IMG/VR virus record: IMGVR_UViG_3300034151_000064
Coordinates: 1-24,214 of that record
DNA: 24,214 nt
Source: a virus
Lineage: Duplodnaviria > Caudoviricetes
Strand: one strand, 5' to 3'
In this document: one piece after another, positions 24,151 to 24,214 of the stretch
How positions within the stretch are numbered: position 1 is the stretch's first letter
Layout of the letters: every line of letters begins with the position of its first letter
Notes under the pieces: model-generated
The model's database searches: none
Told to the model about the DNA's origin: nothing
Seen by the model: the letters and a program-made list of their open reading frames with translations, nothing else
Translations under genes and position numbers: made by a program

Positions 24151-24214
24151 GTGGGGTGATCCGGGGGTGATCCGGGGGGGTATGGGTAAGTCCTAGGGGC
24201 ATCCTGAGCGGGGC
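24151..24214. other. Probable right half of the cos region
   Basis: Non-coding; GGGGTGATCCGGGG repeated with 11-nt period, then a G7 run, downstream of the HNH cluster; the window start (GCGCGAATTTTCGCAGAAAA) resembles the other half. Confidence 0.5.

Larger units (their letters stand above)
1..24214. mobile_element. Temperate HK97-like siphophage, near-complete genome
   Basis: Packaging, head, tail, integration, early and HNH modules in canonical cos-to-cos order; no host housekeeping genes at either end. Confidence 0.9.

Noticed and set aside
1-24214. Alternative genetic code linked to the phage tRNA
   Set aside because: The anticodon is TCT (Arg), not a suppressor, and all core genes are intact and tightly coupled under the standard code.

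Overview
The window looks like an essentially complete, small (~24.2 kb) temperate HK97-type siphophage genome, probably opened at its cos ends. The left arm (+) encodes P27-type small terminase, large terminase, a prohead protease-major capsid fusion, portal (placed after the capsid gene), head-tail joining proteins, tail tube, a tail chaperone with a -1 frameshift, tape measure, one tail-tip protein, a receptor-binding protein and a 2-TM membrane protein. The centre holds an attP-like site: five GTGCGTGACA arm repeats around a core that mimics a tRNA-Arg(UCU) anticodon arm. It also holds a small self-contained operon, an intact phage tRNA-Arg(UCU) with a different anticodon stem, and a tyrosine integrase whose first catalytic Arg is replaced by Pro. 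The right arm (+) has an Xis/Cox-like HTH protein, a short replication-initiator-like protein followed by iterons and DnaA-box-like motifs, a lipoprotein, a DUF1064-like nuclease, an HNH endonuclease and small Zn-finger proteins. The strongest candidate system is integration that would split the host tRNA-Arg(UCU) at its anticodon loop, compensated by an integrase-proof phage copy of the same tRNA. All family assignments are from motif recognition by eye; no searches were run.
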